Shown here: piece by piece, positions 28,874 to 40,198 of the stretch
Numbering within the stretch: the stretch's first letter is position 1
How the letters are laid out: each line of letters begins with the position of its first letter
Source of the DNA: an uncultured Acidobacteriota bacterium
Lineage (GTDB): Bacteria; Acidobacteriota; Thermoanaerobaculia; Multivoradales; JAHEKO01
Direction: 5' to 3'
DNA: 64,000 nucleotides
Assembly (NCBI GenBank): GCA_963713825.1
Contig: CAVQNG010000003.1
Span: 512,001 to 576,000 of the forward strand
Position numbers and translations under genes: made by a program
The notes under the pieces: generated by a model
Told to the model about the DNA's origin: nothing
The model's database searches: none
Seen by the model: the letters and a program-made list of their open reading frames with translations, nothing else

Positions 28874-29530
28874 TCAGTCCACCGCCTCCGGGTTCCCTGG
28901 AACCTCTTCCTCTTCCATCTCGACCATTCCCGGCACCTCTTCCAGGCCTTCCATGACAACGGTGCCACAGGCCAGCCGTGCCCCGGCGGCGCCGGTAGGC
29001 TGAGATTCGAGGTCGTCCTCGCCCTCGTGCAGGATCACGGCCCGACCGATGACCGTGGTTTCGGCGCCGGGCTCGACCGTCAGCATGTCGGTCAGGAGCT
29101 CGAGATGGCCGGAGCCATCGGCTCCGACGTCGATGTTGCCGAAATCACCGGCGTGACGGATCGAGTCGCTCGGGCCACCGTGCGGGTCTCCGGTGGGATT
29201 GAAATGACCACCTGTGGAAGTGAAGTCGCCAGCGCTGCAATCGCCTTTCTCATGCAGATGGATCCCATGCAGACCGGGAGCGACTCCGGAGACGTGGGCT
29301 GCGACTACGACACCCTCGCCTGTCTGGGTGAACGTCACCGTTCCCGCAACCTCCGTGTCGGCACGAGGTGTCAGGATCGCGACGGCTACCAGGGCCTCTT
29401 CCACAACCTCGACGACCTGTTCGGCGGACTCCGAAGAGGCTTCGGGCGCTGGCGATTCTGCCTTGGGACCACAGGCCGTGACAGAAACGAGAAGAGCAAG
29501 TACGAGCATAGAAAGTGAGAGCTTGGACAT
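28874..29530 (-). CDS. sodC: Cu/Zn superoxide dismutase, lipoprotein
   Basis: VTAC lipobox; HGIHLH, GGHFNP, PHG, RHAGD, ILH, GARLACG. Confidence 0.92.
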   Translation of the reverse strand: MSKLSLSMLVLALLVSVTACGPKAESPAPEASSESAEQVVEVVEEALVAVAILTPRADTEVAGTVTFTQTGEGVVVAAHVSGVAPGLHGIHLHEKGDCSAGDFTSTGGHFNPTGDPHGGPSDSIRHAGDFGNIDVGADGSGHLELLTDMLTVEPGAETTVIGRAVILHEGEDDLESQPTGAAGARLACGTVVMEGLEEVPGMVEMEEEEVPGNPEAVD

Positions 29531-29711
29531 GATGTCTCCTTCCGAGATTCTGATCTGTTTCAAGGAACCTACGATTCTAGCGGATCAGCCGACAGGGCGT
29601 CGTTGGTCAGGCCCCAGGCACAGTGGATGGGGCCAGGCTACGCTGTGCTAGCCTTCCCGCCAACCCACGACCTCGTGGGGGATACCGCGTCTTCAATTCT
29701 GGAGGGATTCA

Positions 29712-32303
29712 ATGCGCGACAAGCTCCTAGCCCTGATCGTCGGACTCCTGCTGGCGACGGCGGTATTCGCAGTCCCACCCACTCCCGAGGAGTTCCTGGG
29801 CTTTTCTGTCGGCACCAACCGCAAGCTCGCCTCCTATACCCAGGTCCTCTCCTATTTGCGTCAGGTGGCCGCGGCTTCCGACAGGGTCTCCATCGACGAG
29901 TTGGGGGAGTCGACGCTGGGCAATGAAATGGTCGCGGTGGTGTTGACCTCCGCTGCGAACCAACTGAACCTCGATCGCTATCGGGAGATCGCTGGCCAGC
30001 TGGCCAACGCCGATCAGCTCTCCAGTGACGAGGCCGCCCTCCTCATCGACGAAGGCAAGGCCATCGCTCTCGTCACCTGCACCATCCACTCGACAGAGGT
30101 GGGCTCCACCCAGATGGCCATGGAATTCGTTCACGACTTCGCGACGACCGTCGATCCCGAGAAGCTGGCCTGGATGGAAGAAATGATCGTGCTGCTCATG
30201 CCGTCGATCAACCCGGACGGCCAGGTGATGGTCGTCGATTGGTACAACGAACATCTCGGCACCAAGTTCGAGGGCGGTCAGATGCCGTGGCTCTACCATC
30301 ACTATGTCGGCCACGACAACAATCGCGACTTCTACATGCTGACCCAGAAAGAGTCTCGAGTCGTCAACCAGGTCCTCTACCATCGGTGGTTCCCCCAGGT
30401 CTTCCTGGACGAGCATCAGATGGGCTCGACAGGGCCTCGGATGTTCGTGCCCCCGCAGACCGATCCGCTGGCACCCGAGATTCACTCCCTGATCTTTCGA
30501 CAAGCCGACTTGATCGGTACCAATATGAGCTATCGCCTCGAGGAGTCGGGTCGCACCGGGGTCGGCCACAACATGATCTTCGACAGCTACTGGCCGGGTG
30601 GCACTCGCAATACTGCCTGGTGGAAGAACGTCACCGGTCTGCTGACCGAGGTGGCTAGCGTCCGGATCGCCACGCCGATCCAGATCGATTCCGGCGAGCT
30701 CAGGGGAGGCAGCAAGGGCCTGCCCGAGTACACCCGAAGAGCCAATTTCCCCTCTCCCTGGCCGGGCGGCGACTGGACTCTGCGAGACATCGTCGACTAC
30801 GAGTTGGTCGCCACCTGGGCCCTGGTGGAGACCGTGTCGGAGAACAGACCTGAGTTCCTGCGCAACTTCTACCGCATGGCCAACGAGGCGACAGAGGCGG
30901 GAGTCACCGAGTCGCCTTCCGCTTGGATCGTCTCGCCCGACCAGCACGACCCGGTAGCCGCAGGCCGCATGGTCGAGCTGCTCTTGGAGCACGGCATCAG
31001 AATCTACACCTCCGACCGGCCGTTGCAGCTGGGCATGACGACCTACCCGGCAGGAACACACATCATCCCCGCCGCACAGCCCTATCGAGCCTTCTTGCTC
31101 ACCATGCTGCGACCCCAGCGCTATCCAGAGGTGGTTCCCTACCAGGGTGGACCCATCTATCCGCCGTACGACGTGACTTCCTGGTCGCTACCCATCGCTT
31201 TCGGGGTGGAGGTCGCCGAGACGGATCGTGCCCTGCCCGGAACACTGCGACGCATCGACACGCCCGTCTGGCCGCAGGTCGTTCTAACCGAAGGCTCTGG
31301 CGGCTACCTGATCCCGCACAGCTCGGACTCCGCTTTCACGGCCCTCAATCGCCTGCTGCGGGATGGCAAGGAGATCTACTGGCTGCTCACGCCACCAGAG
31401 GAGGGTCAGGTAGGCGACATCTGGCTACCGTCCGATGCGCTCTCCTCGAGTGAAGCATCGGCCCTTGCCGAAGAGTTGCACCTGCCGATCCGCTCACTCG
31501 ACTCGGCTCCCACCGGCGACCGACTGCGCGTCCGCTCTTCACGCGTCGGGCTCTTCAAGCCTTGGGTGGCCAGCATGGATGAGGGGTGGACCCGCTGGGT
31601 CCTGGAACAGTACGACTTCCCCTTCATCAATCTGAACAACCAGGACATCAAGGAAGGCTCTTTCCGGGGCGCCGCGGATGTGCTCCTGTTTCCCGATGTC
31701 AGCTCCTCGATCATCACCCAGGGAGAGCCGGACTCTCCCTGGGCCAAGCAGTTCTGGACGCCGCTGCCGCCGGAGTACTCGGGCGGCATCGCACCCGAAG
31801 GTGAGGAGGAGATCAAGAAGTGGGTCGAGGCGGGCGGCACGGTTGTCGCCATGGACTCGTCCACCAACTACTTTATCGAGCTGTTCGGCCTGCCGGTCAG
31901 CAACGTTCTCGAGGGACTCGAGGACGACCAGTTCTCGGCCCCCGGCACGATGGTCAAGCTGCTCGTCGATGTCGACCACCCCGTGGGATTCGGAATGCGC
32001 CCCGAGGAGGTCGCCTACTTTGCCGACTCGGCAGCCTTCCAAACCCGCGTGCCCGACCCCCGTTTCGGTCGGCAGGTGATCGCCCGCTACCCGAATGACG
32101 ACACCGACATTCCGGTCAGCGGTTACATCGAAGGAGCCGAGTTGCTAGAACGACGCGCTGCCGTGGTCGAGTACAGGGTTGGAGAGGGTCGAATCGTACT
32201 GATCGGGTTCCGCCCCCAGCACCGCGCGCAGACCGTAAGGACGTTCAAGCTGCTGTTCAATGCTCTGTATTTACCTGGCCTGGAGGTGGTGCCTGGCGAC
32301 TAG
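29712..32303 (+). CDS. secreted M14 family zinc carboxypeptidase
   Basis: Signal peptide; IHSTE (HxxE), NPDG, HDNNRD, DEHQMG. Confidence 0.88.
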   Translation: MRDKLLALIVGLLLATAVFAVPPTPEEFLGFSVGTNRKLASYTQVLSYLRQVAAASDRVSIDELGESTLGNEMVAVVLTSAANQLNLDRYREIAGQLANADQLSSDEAALLIDEGKAIALVTCTIHSTEVGSTQMAMEFVHDFATTVDPEKLAWMEEMIVLLMPSINPDGQVMVVDWYNEHLGTKFEGGQMPWLYHHYVGHDNNRDFYMLTQKESRVVNQVLYHRWFPQVFLDEHQMGSTGPRMFVPPQTDPLAPEIHSLIFRQADLIGTNMSYRLEESGRTGVGHNMIFDSYWPGGTRNTAWWKNVTGLLTEVASVRIATPIQIDSGELRGGSKGLPEYTRRANFPSPWPGGDWTLRDIVDYELVATWALVETVSENRPEFLRNFYRMANEATEAGVTESPSAWIVSPDQHDPVAAGRMVELLLEHGIRIYTSDRPLQLGMTTYPAGTHIIPAAQPYRAFLLTMLRPQRYPEVVPYQGGPIYPPYDVTSWSLPIAFGVEVAETDRALPGTLRRIDTPVWPQVVLTEGSGGYLIPHSSDSAFTALNRLLRDGKEIYWLLTPPEEGQVGDIWLPSDALSSSEASALAEELHLPIRSLDSAPTGDRLRVRSSRVGLFKPWVASMDEGWTRWVLEQYDFPFINLNNQDIKEGSFRGAADVLLFPDVSSSIITQGEPDSPWAKQFWTPLPPEYSGGIAPEGEEEIKKWVEAGGTVVAMDSSTNYFIELFGLPVSNVLEGLEDDQFSAPGTMVKLLVDVDHPVGFGMRPEEVAYFADSAAFQTRVPDPRFGRQVIARYPNDDTDIPVSGYIEGAELLERRAAVVEYRVGEGRIVLIGFRPQHRAQTVRTFKLLFNALYLPGLEVVPGD

Positions 32304-34095
32304 CCGCCTCCATCTGGTCGATCAGGTCCTCGACGACCGAGAAGCCGCCGCGCCAGAAATCCGGATCGGTGATATCGACACCGACCTGCGTCAGAATCTC
32401 CTGCGGCCGCTGGGATCCTCCGGCGGCCAGTAGCTCCAGATAGCCGGGGATGAAGGCCTCGCCCTGCTCCTTGTAGCGCCGATACAGCGCCAGCACCAGC
32501 ATCTGCCCAAAGCTGTAGGCATAGCAGTAGAACGGCGTGTGGTAGATGTGGGGAATGGTGATCCACTCGTGCTGGAAGTCGGAGTCGATCTCCACGCTGT
32601 CCCCAAACTGTTCTTCCAACTCGGCCAGATAGAGCGCATTCAGGTCGGCGACGGTCTTGCCGGCCCGCACCGCGTCGTGGGCCGCAATCTCGAAGCGAAC
32701 GAAGAACGCCTGCCGGAGCACGGTGGCGTAGATGTCGTCGACTGCCGAGGCCAGCAGGTCGCGCCGCACCATTGGGTCCTGCTCTTCCGCCAGCAAGCGG
32801 TCGGTCAGCAGCATCTCGGCGAACACCGAGGCCGTCTCGGCCAGCGGCAGCACGGGATGCTGGGTCAGTACCGAATGGTCGGCGGCCATCATGCTGTGAA
32901 TGGCATGGCCGAGCTCATGGGCCAGAGTGGCCACATCCCTTACCCGACCAGTGTAGTTGGCCAGCAGCCAGGGTGTCTGGCTCGGCAGCACGGTGTAGCA
33001 GAAAGCTCCTCCCTTCTTGCCCTTACGGATGGCGCTATCGATATGGCCTTCGGCAAAGACCCTCTCCGCCCTGGCCGCCACCTCCGGATGGAAGGAGGCG
33101 AAGGTGTCGAGCACCAAGCCCACTCCCTCAGAGTACGGGATCTCCTTCTGGGACCCGGCCAACGGCGCGTAGACGTCGTACCGGCGCAGACGTTTCATAC
33201 CCAACAGCTCCGCCTTGAGGCGAAAGTAGCGCTGGTAGATGCTGCTCTTCTCGCGCACCACCTCCAGAAGAGTCTCGACTGCCTCATCGGGAATGTCGTT
33301 GGCCATGTTACGAACCGCGATCGGCGAGGTGAACCCTCGCAGCTGCACATTCTCGCTGTACCAATCACGCAGCCGATGAATGTAGATCTGACCCAACAGG
33401 GTCGCCTCGCTCTCGAAACCCCGGAACAGCTCTCGATACGTTGCTTCGCGTAGATCCGGGTCCGGTGAGTAGACATTGGCGACAAGCTGGTCGCGCGTCA
33501 GTGACTTCTGCTCGCCATCGACCTCCAGCTGGAACTCCAGCCTGTTCGTGAGCATGGAGTACAGCGTCAGCACCGCATCCATGCCGTCCGCATCCTTCAA
33601 GTTGATGAGCTGCTCGGAGTGCTCTTCGAGAGTGAAGGGTCGAAGACGCCGCAGATTCTGTAGGAAGTGGCGACTGTCGGCGTGCTCGGAACCCTCTGGC
33701 AAGAGGGCGTCGGCCGATTCGTCGTCGAGCTGCTTCCACCACAACGAGAAGAACAGCACCCTGTTCTGAACATCCGTCAGGACCTGCTCGATCCGATTCT
33801 TGAAATCCAGGGCGTTCTGGTCCTGTGTATCCGCGGCGAACCAGAGATATCCGTAGGCCGCCAGCACATCCACCTGCGCGACCAGAGCCTCGTACTGGCG
33901 TACGACTTCGAGGAGCGCCGCCTGTCCCATTTCGGCGGACAGGCCGTCACGTCTACCTTCGAAGGACTGCACCATGACTTCCAGCGAAGCCAGACGCTCG
34001 ACGATGATTTCTTCGCTCGCCGCGGGTAGAAGCTCGCTCAAGTCCCAGGCCGTGGGCTCGAGCTGGCCGACGTCGAGGCTATCCGTGACTGTCAT
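32257..34095 (-). CDS. pepF: M3B oligoendopeptidase F
   Basis: WDLSEL, GKKGGAFC, TLAHELGHAIH, LAETASVFAE, IPHIY..PFYCYAY. Confidence 0.92.
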   Translation of the reverse strand: MTVTDSLDVGQLEPTAWDLSELLPAASEEIIVERLASLEVMVQSFEGRRDGLSAEMGQAALLEVVRQYEALVAQVDVLAAYGYLWFAADTQDQNALDFKNRIEQVLTDVQNRVLFFSLWWKQLDDESADALLPEGSEHADSRHFLQNLRRLRPFTLEEHSEQLINLKDADGMDAVLTLYSMLTNRLEFQLEVDGEQKSLTRDQLVANVYSPDPDLREATYRELFRGFESEATLLGQIYIHRLRDWYSENVQLRGFTSPIAVRNMANDIPDEAVETLLEVVREKSSIYQRYFRLKAELLGMKRLRRYDVYAPLAGSQKEIPYSEGVGLVLDTFASFHPEVAARAERVFAEGHIDSAIRKGKKGGAFCYTVLPSQTPWLLANYTGRVRDVATLAHELGHAIHSMMAADHSVLTQHPVLPLAETASVFAEMLLTDRLLAEEQDPMVRRDLLASAVDDIYATVLRQAFFVRFEIAAHDAVRAGKTVADLNALYLAELEEQFGDSVEIDSDFQHEWITIPHIYHTPFYCYAYSFGQMLVLALYRRYKEQGEAFIPGYLELLAAGGSQRPQEILTQVGVDITDPDFWRGGFSVVEDLIDQMEAASRQAPPPGQVNTEH

Positions 34096-34192
34096 CCGCT
34101 ACCCTCCGCAGTACACACGAGAACCGCAGGGGACCTTCACAAAGACCGGTCGGGGTTTGTGGCCCTGCAGTCAGTCTTGCTTCGACACTTCT

Positions 34193-34648
34193 CTACTCGG
34201 TCGTGATGCCGTCGCTGTCATCCTCGATGGCAGCCTTCAGGGTGTGCCAGGCCAGGGTGGCGCATTTGACCCTGACGGGGAACTCTCGCACGCCGGCGAA
34301 GACGGCCAGCTTGCCGAGCTCCGGACCGACTTCCGCTACGACACTCGGATCCCCGGTGAGCAACTCATGGAACGACTCGAATAGTGCCTCCACCTCCGAG
34401 AGGGTCTTGCCCAGGACCACCTCGGTCAAGATCGACGCCGAGGCGGTGGAGATGGCGCAACCCTGCCCCTCGAACCGAACTTCCACGACTCGATCCCCGT
34501 CCATCTTGAGGTAGAGCGTCAACTGGTCTCCGCACAGCGGGTTGTCGCCGCGAGCGCAGTGATCTGCGTGTTCGATCTGTCCGAAATTTCGGGGGTGCTT
34601 GTTGTGATCGAGAATGACCTCCTGGTAGAGGTCCATGAGCTCCGACAT
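34193..34648 (-). CDS. sufU: SUF system NifU-family sulfur-transfer/scaffold protein
   Basis: LYQEVILDH, NPLCGD, GCAISTASAS, RVKCATLAWH. Confidence 0.93.
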   Translation of the reverse strand: MSELMDLYQEVILDHNKHPRNFGQIEHADHCARGDNPLCGDQLTLYLKMDGDRVVEVRFEGQGCAISTASASILTEVVLGKTLSEVEALFESFHELLTGDPSVVAEVGPELGKLAVFAGVREFPVRVKCATLAWHTLKAAIEDDSDGITTE

Positions 34649-35919
34649 CAGCTGAAGATCTCCTGCACCCTGGCCACTCCGCTCACCAGTTGATCGATTT
34701 CCTGACGCGTGTTGTAGAGGGCCAGCGAGGCGCGAACCGTGGCGGGAAGGCCGAAATGGTCCATGACCGGCTGCGCACAGTGGTGTCCGGCTCGCACGGC
34801 GATGCCCTCACGGTCGAGGATAGTGCCGACATCATGGGGATGAACGCCGTCGATGACGAACGAAACAACGCTCGCGCGGTGGGTCGCGGTCCCCACGAGC
34901 CGCACCCCCGGTACAGCGGAGAGCGCTTCGGTTGCGTAGTCCAGTAGGCCGCTCTCGTACCGACCGATCGCCTCGAGACCGATTCCCTGCAGGTAGTCCA
35001 CTGCGGCACCCATGGCGATCGCACCGACGATATTCGGCGTACCGGCCTCGAACCGGGCCGGTGGATCCGCGTACTCGGTCTTGGCAAACGTCACCGACCG
35101 GATCATTTCTCCGCCGCCCTGATATGGAGGCATGGAAGACAGGAGATCCCAGCGGCCGTAGAGGGCACCGATGCCGGTCGGCCCGAACATCTTGTGCCCA
35201 GAGAAGACGAAGAAGTCGCAGTCCAGAGCCTGGACGTCCACCTTCACATGCGGTGCCGCTTGCGCGCCATCCACCAGCACAGGCACACCCCGGGCGTGAG
35301 CCATCTCGATCATGCGCGCTACGGGGTTGATGGTTCCAAGAGCGTTGGAGATGTAGACCATCGCCACCAGCCGAGTGCGCTCGCTGAGCAGCTTCTCGTA
35401 CTCCTCGAGGATAACTTCGCCCCGATCGTCGATGGGCGCTACCTTGAGCGTCGCACCGACCGCGTCGCAGAGCATTTGCCAGGGAACGATGTTCGAATGG
35501 TGCTCCATCTCGGTGATGAGCACCTCGTCGCCCGCCTTCACCCGACTGCGGCCGAAGGTGGACGCCACCAGATTGATTCCCTCGGTCGCACCCCGTACGA
35601 AGACGATCTCTTCCGATCGGGCCGCGCCGAGAAAGCCCTGCACCTTGCGCCGCGCCTCCTCATAGGCATTCGTGGCCTGCTGTGAGAGGAAGTGCACGCC
35701 CCGATGGACGTTGGAGTAGTACTCCCGGTAGCAGCGGTCCGCCGCATCCAGCACCGCTTCTGGTTTCTGGGTGCTCGCCGCGTTGTCCAGGTAGACGAGC
35801 GGCTTGCCGTGAACCCGCAAGGAGAGGGCGGGGAAATCCTGCCGAACCTGCGCGATCTCGAACGGCTTCTCGGCCGCCGGAGCAGCTTCGGCTTGCTTGA
35901 CTTCGTCGAGCTCAGGCAT
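34648..35919 (-). CDS. sufS: cysteine desulfurase
   Basis: YLDNAASTQKP, FSGHKMFGPTG, VRAGHHCAQP; start moved to ATG 35919. Confidence 0.95.
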   Translation of the reverse strand: MPELDEVKQAEAAPAAEKPFEIAQVRQDFPALSLRVHGKPLVYLDNAASTQKPEAVLDAADRCYREYYSNVHRGVHFLSQQATNAYEEARRKVQGFLGAARSEEIVFVRGATEGINLVASTFGRSRVKAGDEVLITEMEHHSNIVPWQMLCDAVGATLKVAPIDDRGEVILEEYEKLLSERTRLVAMVYISNALGTINPVARMIEMAHARGVPVLVDGAQAAPHVKVDVQALDCDFFVFSGHKMFGPTGIGALYGRWDLLSSMPPYQGGGEMIRSVTFAKTEYADPPARFEAGTPNIVGAIAMGAAVDYLQGIGLEAIGRYESGLLDYATEALSAVPGVRLVGTATHRASVVSFVIDGVHPHDVGTILDREGIAVRAGHHCAQPVMDHFGLPATVRASLALYNTRQEIDQLVSGVARVQEIFS

Positions 35920-35933
35920 CAGCGCACCGCAGC

Positions 35934-37274
35934 TTATACCGCCTGCCGGACGATGTCGCCCTTGGGCAGGCGCCGGAAGAGGAACTCCTCCAGATCCTGA
36001 CGAACCGCTCCGACCTTGATGCGTTCCACGATATCGGCCGCGAAAGCGTAGGTCAGCAGGCTCCGCGCTGCCTCTTCGCCGATGCCGCGTGAACGCAGAT
36101 AGAAGATCGCCGTCTCGTCGAGCTGACCGACCGTCGAGCCGTGAGTGCATTTCACGTCGTCAGCGAAGATCTCCAGCTGAGGATTCGAATTGCACAGCGC
36201 ATCGGGTGACATCAGCAGGTTTCGATTCGTTTGCTTGGCGTCGGTCTTCTGGGCTCCGTGGTGCACATAGATCCGGCCGTTGAAGACCGCCCTGGCCTTG
36301 CCCTCGAGAATCCCTTTGTAGAGCTCGTGGCTATCACAGTGTGCCGCGACGTGATCGACGCGCATGTGGTTGTCCACCAACTGGGTCCCTTCCACCATGT
36401 AGAGACCGTTCAGTGTCGCCTCCCCACCTTCTCCGTCTAATACAGCGTTCACATCGTTACGCACCAATCCACCTCCCCAGGAGATGGAATGCGAGGAAAC
36501 GTTGCTATCGCGGCCCAGTTGGAGCTGGAAGGTGGCCATGTGAAACGCCTCCGTAGACTCCCGCTGCAGCTTGTAGTGATCGACAACCGCGTTGTCCCCG
36601 GCAACGATCTCGGTCACGGGAGCGGTGAGATAGGCCCCTTCGCCCACGGTCACATACTGCTCGACCACGGTGACCTGACTGCTCTCGCCGCCGACGATCA
36701 GGTTGCGCGGAAAGAACGCGATCGGCTCGGCCGACGGGCTGCCGACCAGGACCAGGTTGATCGGCTGCTCTACCACCTGGTTTCGCGGCACCCAGATGAA
36801 GATGCCGTCACGATAGAAGGCGGTATTGAGAGCCACGAAGGGATGGTCTTCGAAGCTGGCCAACCTGCCCAGGTGGGGCTCGACCTTCTCCGGGTGCTTG
36901 GCCAGTGCTTCGTCCATGCTACAGACGACAATGCCGTCGGGAAGGTCCTCGAGATCCGACAATTCGGGAACGAAACGCCCATTGACCAGGGTCAACTGAA
37001 CGGTTCCCTCGTAGGAGAAGCGTTCGATGCTGCCTGCCGTCACGGCATCGACGGTAACGTCGAGGCTGAAGGGCGTGCGGGCGATTGGGCCCACATTCGT
37101 GAAGCGCCACTCCTCCTGCCGGAGGGTGGGAAAGCCGAGCTCCGAGAAGCGACCGATCGCCTGGCGCCGCTGTTGTCGCAAGCTCTCGGGCTGCGAGGCT
37201 GGCAGCGCCTGCTCGAAGGCGTCGAACGCTTCTACGAAACGATCCGTATCGCTGGCTGTCATTGTGGTCGTCAT
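35934..37274 (-). CDS. sufD: Fe-S cluster assembly protein SufD
   Basis: EEWRFT, VFNGRI, PQLEIFADDVKCTHG, FYLRSRG. Confidence 0.93.
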   Translation of the reverse strand: MTTTMTASDTDRFVEAFDAFEQALPASQPESLRQQRRQAIGRFSELGFPTLRQEEWRFTNVGPIARTPFSLDVTVDAVTAGSIERFSYEGTVQLTLVNGRFVPELSDLEDLPDGIVVCSMDEALAKHPEKVEPHLGRLASFEDHPFVALNTAFYRDGIFIWVPRNQVVEQPINLVLVGSPSAEPIAFFPRNLIVGGESSQVTVVEQYVTVGEGAYLTAPVTEIVAGDNAVVDHYKLQRESTEAFHMATFQLQLGRDSNVSSHSISWGGGLVRNDVNAVLDGEGGEATLNGLYMVEGTQLVDNHMRVDHVAAHCDSHELYKGILEGKARAVFNGRIYVHHGAQKTDAKQTNRNLLMSPDALCNSNPQLEIFADDVKCTHGSTVGQLDETAIFYLRSRGIGEEAARSLLTYAFAADIVERIKVGAVRQDLEEFLFRRLPKGDIVRQAV

Positions 37275-37298
37275 GGTTGCTCGATCTCTCTTTCAGGC

Positions 37299-38081
<783 letters not shown>

Positions 38082-38117
38082 ATCCCTTCCAATGTTCTTC
38101 TTCGCTCGGTCTTCGTC

Positions 38118-39572
38118 TTAGCCGACGCTGCCTTCCAAGCTGATTTCGAGCAGCTTTCTGGCCTCGACGGCAAATTCCATGGGTAGCTCGTTGAAGACTT
38201 CCTTGCAGAAGCCGTTGACGATCATCGACACGGCATCCTCGGTCTCGATGCCACGTTGGTTGCAGTAGAAAATCTGGTCCTCGCCGATCTTCGAGGTCGA
38301 GGCTTCATGCTCCATCTGAGCGCTTGGGCTCTGCACGTCGATGTAGGGAAAAGTGTGGGCGCCACATTCTTCCCCGATCAACATGGAGTCGCACTGTGAG
38401 AAGTTGCGGGAGTTATCGGCCCCGCTCAGGATCTTCACCGCGCCCCTGTAGGTGTTCTGGCCATGTCCTGCAGAGATTCCCTTCGAGACGATCGTCGAGG
38501 TGGTGTTCTTGCCGACATGGATCATCTTGGTGCCCGTATCCGCCTGTTGCCGCCCCTTGCTGAGCGCCACCGAGTAGAACTCGCCCACCGAGTCGTCCCC
38601 CTTGAGGATGCAGCTCGGGTACTTCCAGGTGATTGACGAGCCGGTCTCCACCTGGGTCCAGGAGATCTTCGATCGTCTCCCGGCAGCCAGACCCCGCTTG
38701 GTAACAAAGTTGAAGATGCCGCCGACGCCGGTATCGGGATCACCCGGATACCAGTTTTGTACCGTGGAGTACTTGATCTGCGCCTCTGCATCGGCATAGA
38801 GCTCGACCACTGCAGCGTGCAGCTGATTCTCGTCTCGCATCGGCGCTGTGCAGCCTTCCAGATAGCTGACGTAGGAGGCCTCTTCCGCGATGATGAGGGT
38901 CCGCTCGAACTGACCCGTGTTCTGGGCATTGATGCGGAAGTAGGTCGACAGCTCCATCGGGCAGCGCACTCCTTTGGGAACATACACAAAGGAACCGTCG
39001 GAAAACACGGCCGAATTGAGAGCCGCGAAGAAGTTGTCGCTGTAGGGCACGATCGTGCCCAGATACTTCTTCACCAGGTCGGGATGCTCACGGATAGCCT
39101 CTGAGATGGGACAGAAGATAACGCCGGCGTCAGCCAGCTTCTCCCGGAAGGTGGTTGCCACCGAAACGCTGTCGAAGACCGCATCCACCGCGATTCCCGC
39201 CAGCATCTTCTGCTCCTGCAGGGGAATACCCAACTTTTCATAGGTGCGCAGAATCTCGGGATCCACATCGTCCAGACTTTGCGGGCCTTCCTTCTTGGAC
39301 TTCGGCGCGGAGTAGTAGGAGATCGCCTGATAGTCGACGGGCTCGTACTTGATGTTCGCCCACGTCGGCTCCTCCAGGGTCTGCCAGTGTCGGAAGGCCT
39401 TCAACCGCCACTCCAGCATCCAATCGGGTTCGCCTTTGAGCCCCGAGAGTCGACGGATGACATCCTCATCCAACCCCGGCGCAAAGGTCTCCGCTTCGAC
39501 CTCGGTGACGAATCCGGCCTCGTACTTCTGATCGACGTGTTGTTCGAGTAGCTCTGTATCGCTCGGTGCCAT
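38118..39572 (-). CDS. sufB: Fe-S cluster assembly protein SufB
   Basis: [43 protein letters not shown]. Confidence 0.96.
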   Translation of the reverse strand: MAPSDTELLEQHVDQKYEAGFVTEVEAETFAPGLDEDVIRRLSGLKGEPDWMLEWRLKAFRHWQTLEEPTWANIKYEPVDYQAISYYSAPKSKKEGPQSLDDVDPEILRTYEKLGIPLQEQKMLAGIAVDAVFDSVSVATTFREKLADAGVIFCPISEAIREHPDLVKKYLGTIVPYSDNFFAALNSAVFSDGSFVYVPKGVRCPMELSTYFRINAQNTGQFERTLIIAEEASYVSYLEGCTAPMRDENQLHAAVVELYADAEAQIKYSTVQNWYPGDPDTGVGGIFNFVTKRGLAAGRRSKISWTQVETGSSITWKYPSCILKGDDSVGEFYSVALSKGRQQADTGTKMIHVGKNTTSTIVSKGISAGHGQNTYRGAVKILSGADNSRNFSQCDSMLIGEECGAHTFPYIDVQSPSAQMEHEASTSKIGEDQIFYCNQRGIETEDAVSMIVNGFCKEVFNELPMEFAVEARKLLEISLEGSVG

Positions 39573-39613
39573 CTTGATTAGTTCCTCTGACCTGTATGGG
39601 GAAAGACCGCCCT

Positions 39614-40078
39614 TCAACCTGCCGTCACATCCGGTGCCGCCTCGCGGCCTCCGAGAGTGACCAGGACCGCCGAAGCGGGCCGTGCCATTTCCTCCAGGGT
39701 TATCTCACTCAATGCGTCTCGCAAAACGTGGTTGATGTGCTGCCAATTGCCGCGCACTCGGCAGAAAGCCTCCTGGGAGCACTCTCCAGGCGTCTCCTCG
39801 ATGCACTCCGTGACCGAGATGGGACCTTCGAGTGCCTCGATGATCTCGGCGACGGAGATTTCGGCCGCGGACCGCGCCAGGCAATAGCCGCCCTTCACAC
39901 CCCGGTGCGATTCCAGCAGTCGGCCGCGGGTCAGCAGCTTGAGGATCTTGCTGACGATCGGCTGCGGCAGTCCGGTCCGGGTCGCCAGCTCCGTAGCGCT
40001 CAGAAACCGATCTTCCGTGGAAACGACGTGTGTCATCAAAACGATGGCGTAGTCCGACTGTTTGGTGATTCGCAGCAT
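39614..40078 (-). CDS. Rrf2-family SUF system regulator
   Basis: [27 protein letters not shown], three Cys (TEC-x7-C-x5-C); first gene of suf operon. Confidence 0.88.
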   Translation of the reverse strand: MLRITKQSDYAIVLMTHVVSTEDRFLSATELATRTGLPQPIVSKILKLLTRGRLLESHRGVKGGYCLARSAAEISVAEIIEALEGPISVTECIEETPGECSQEAFCRVRGNWQHINHVLRDALSEITLEEMARPASAVLVTLGGREAAPDVTAG

Positions 40079-40115
40079 GGTGGTGATGTAACTCGGTACT
40101 GGACTCGTTGATACA

Positions 40116-40130
40116 GGACCTTCATGGTCC
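40116..40130. promoter_or_regulatory. palindrome GGACC-N5-GGTCC, candidate operator of the Rrf2/suf operon
   Basis: Perfect dyad ~40 bp upstream of the regulator start codon. Confidence 0.4.
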
Positions 40131-40198
40131 GATTTAGAGACTGATGATACCAGCGGCTTTCCGGATGTCAAGACTCGGGCGGATTGCCGGCGCTCGAC

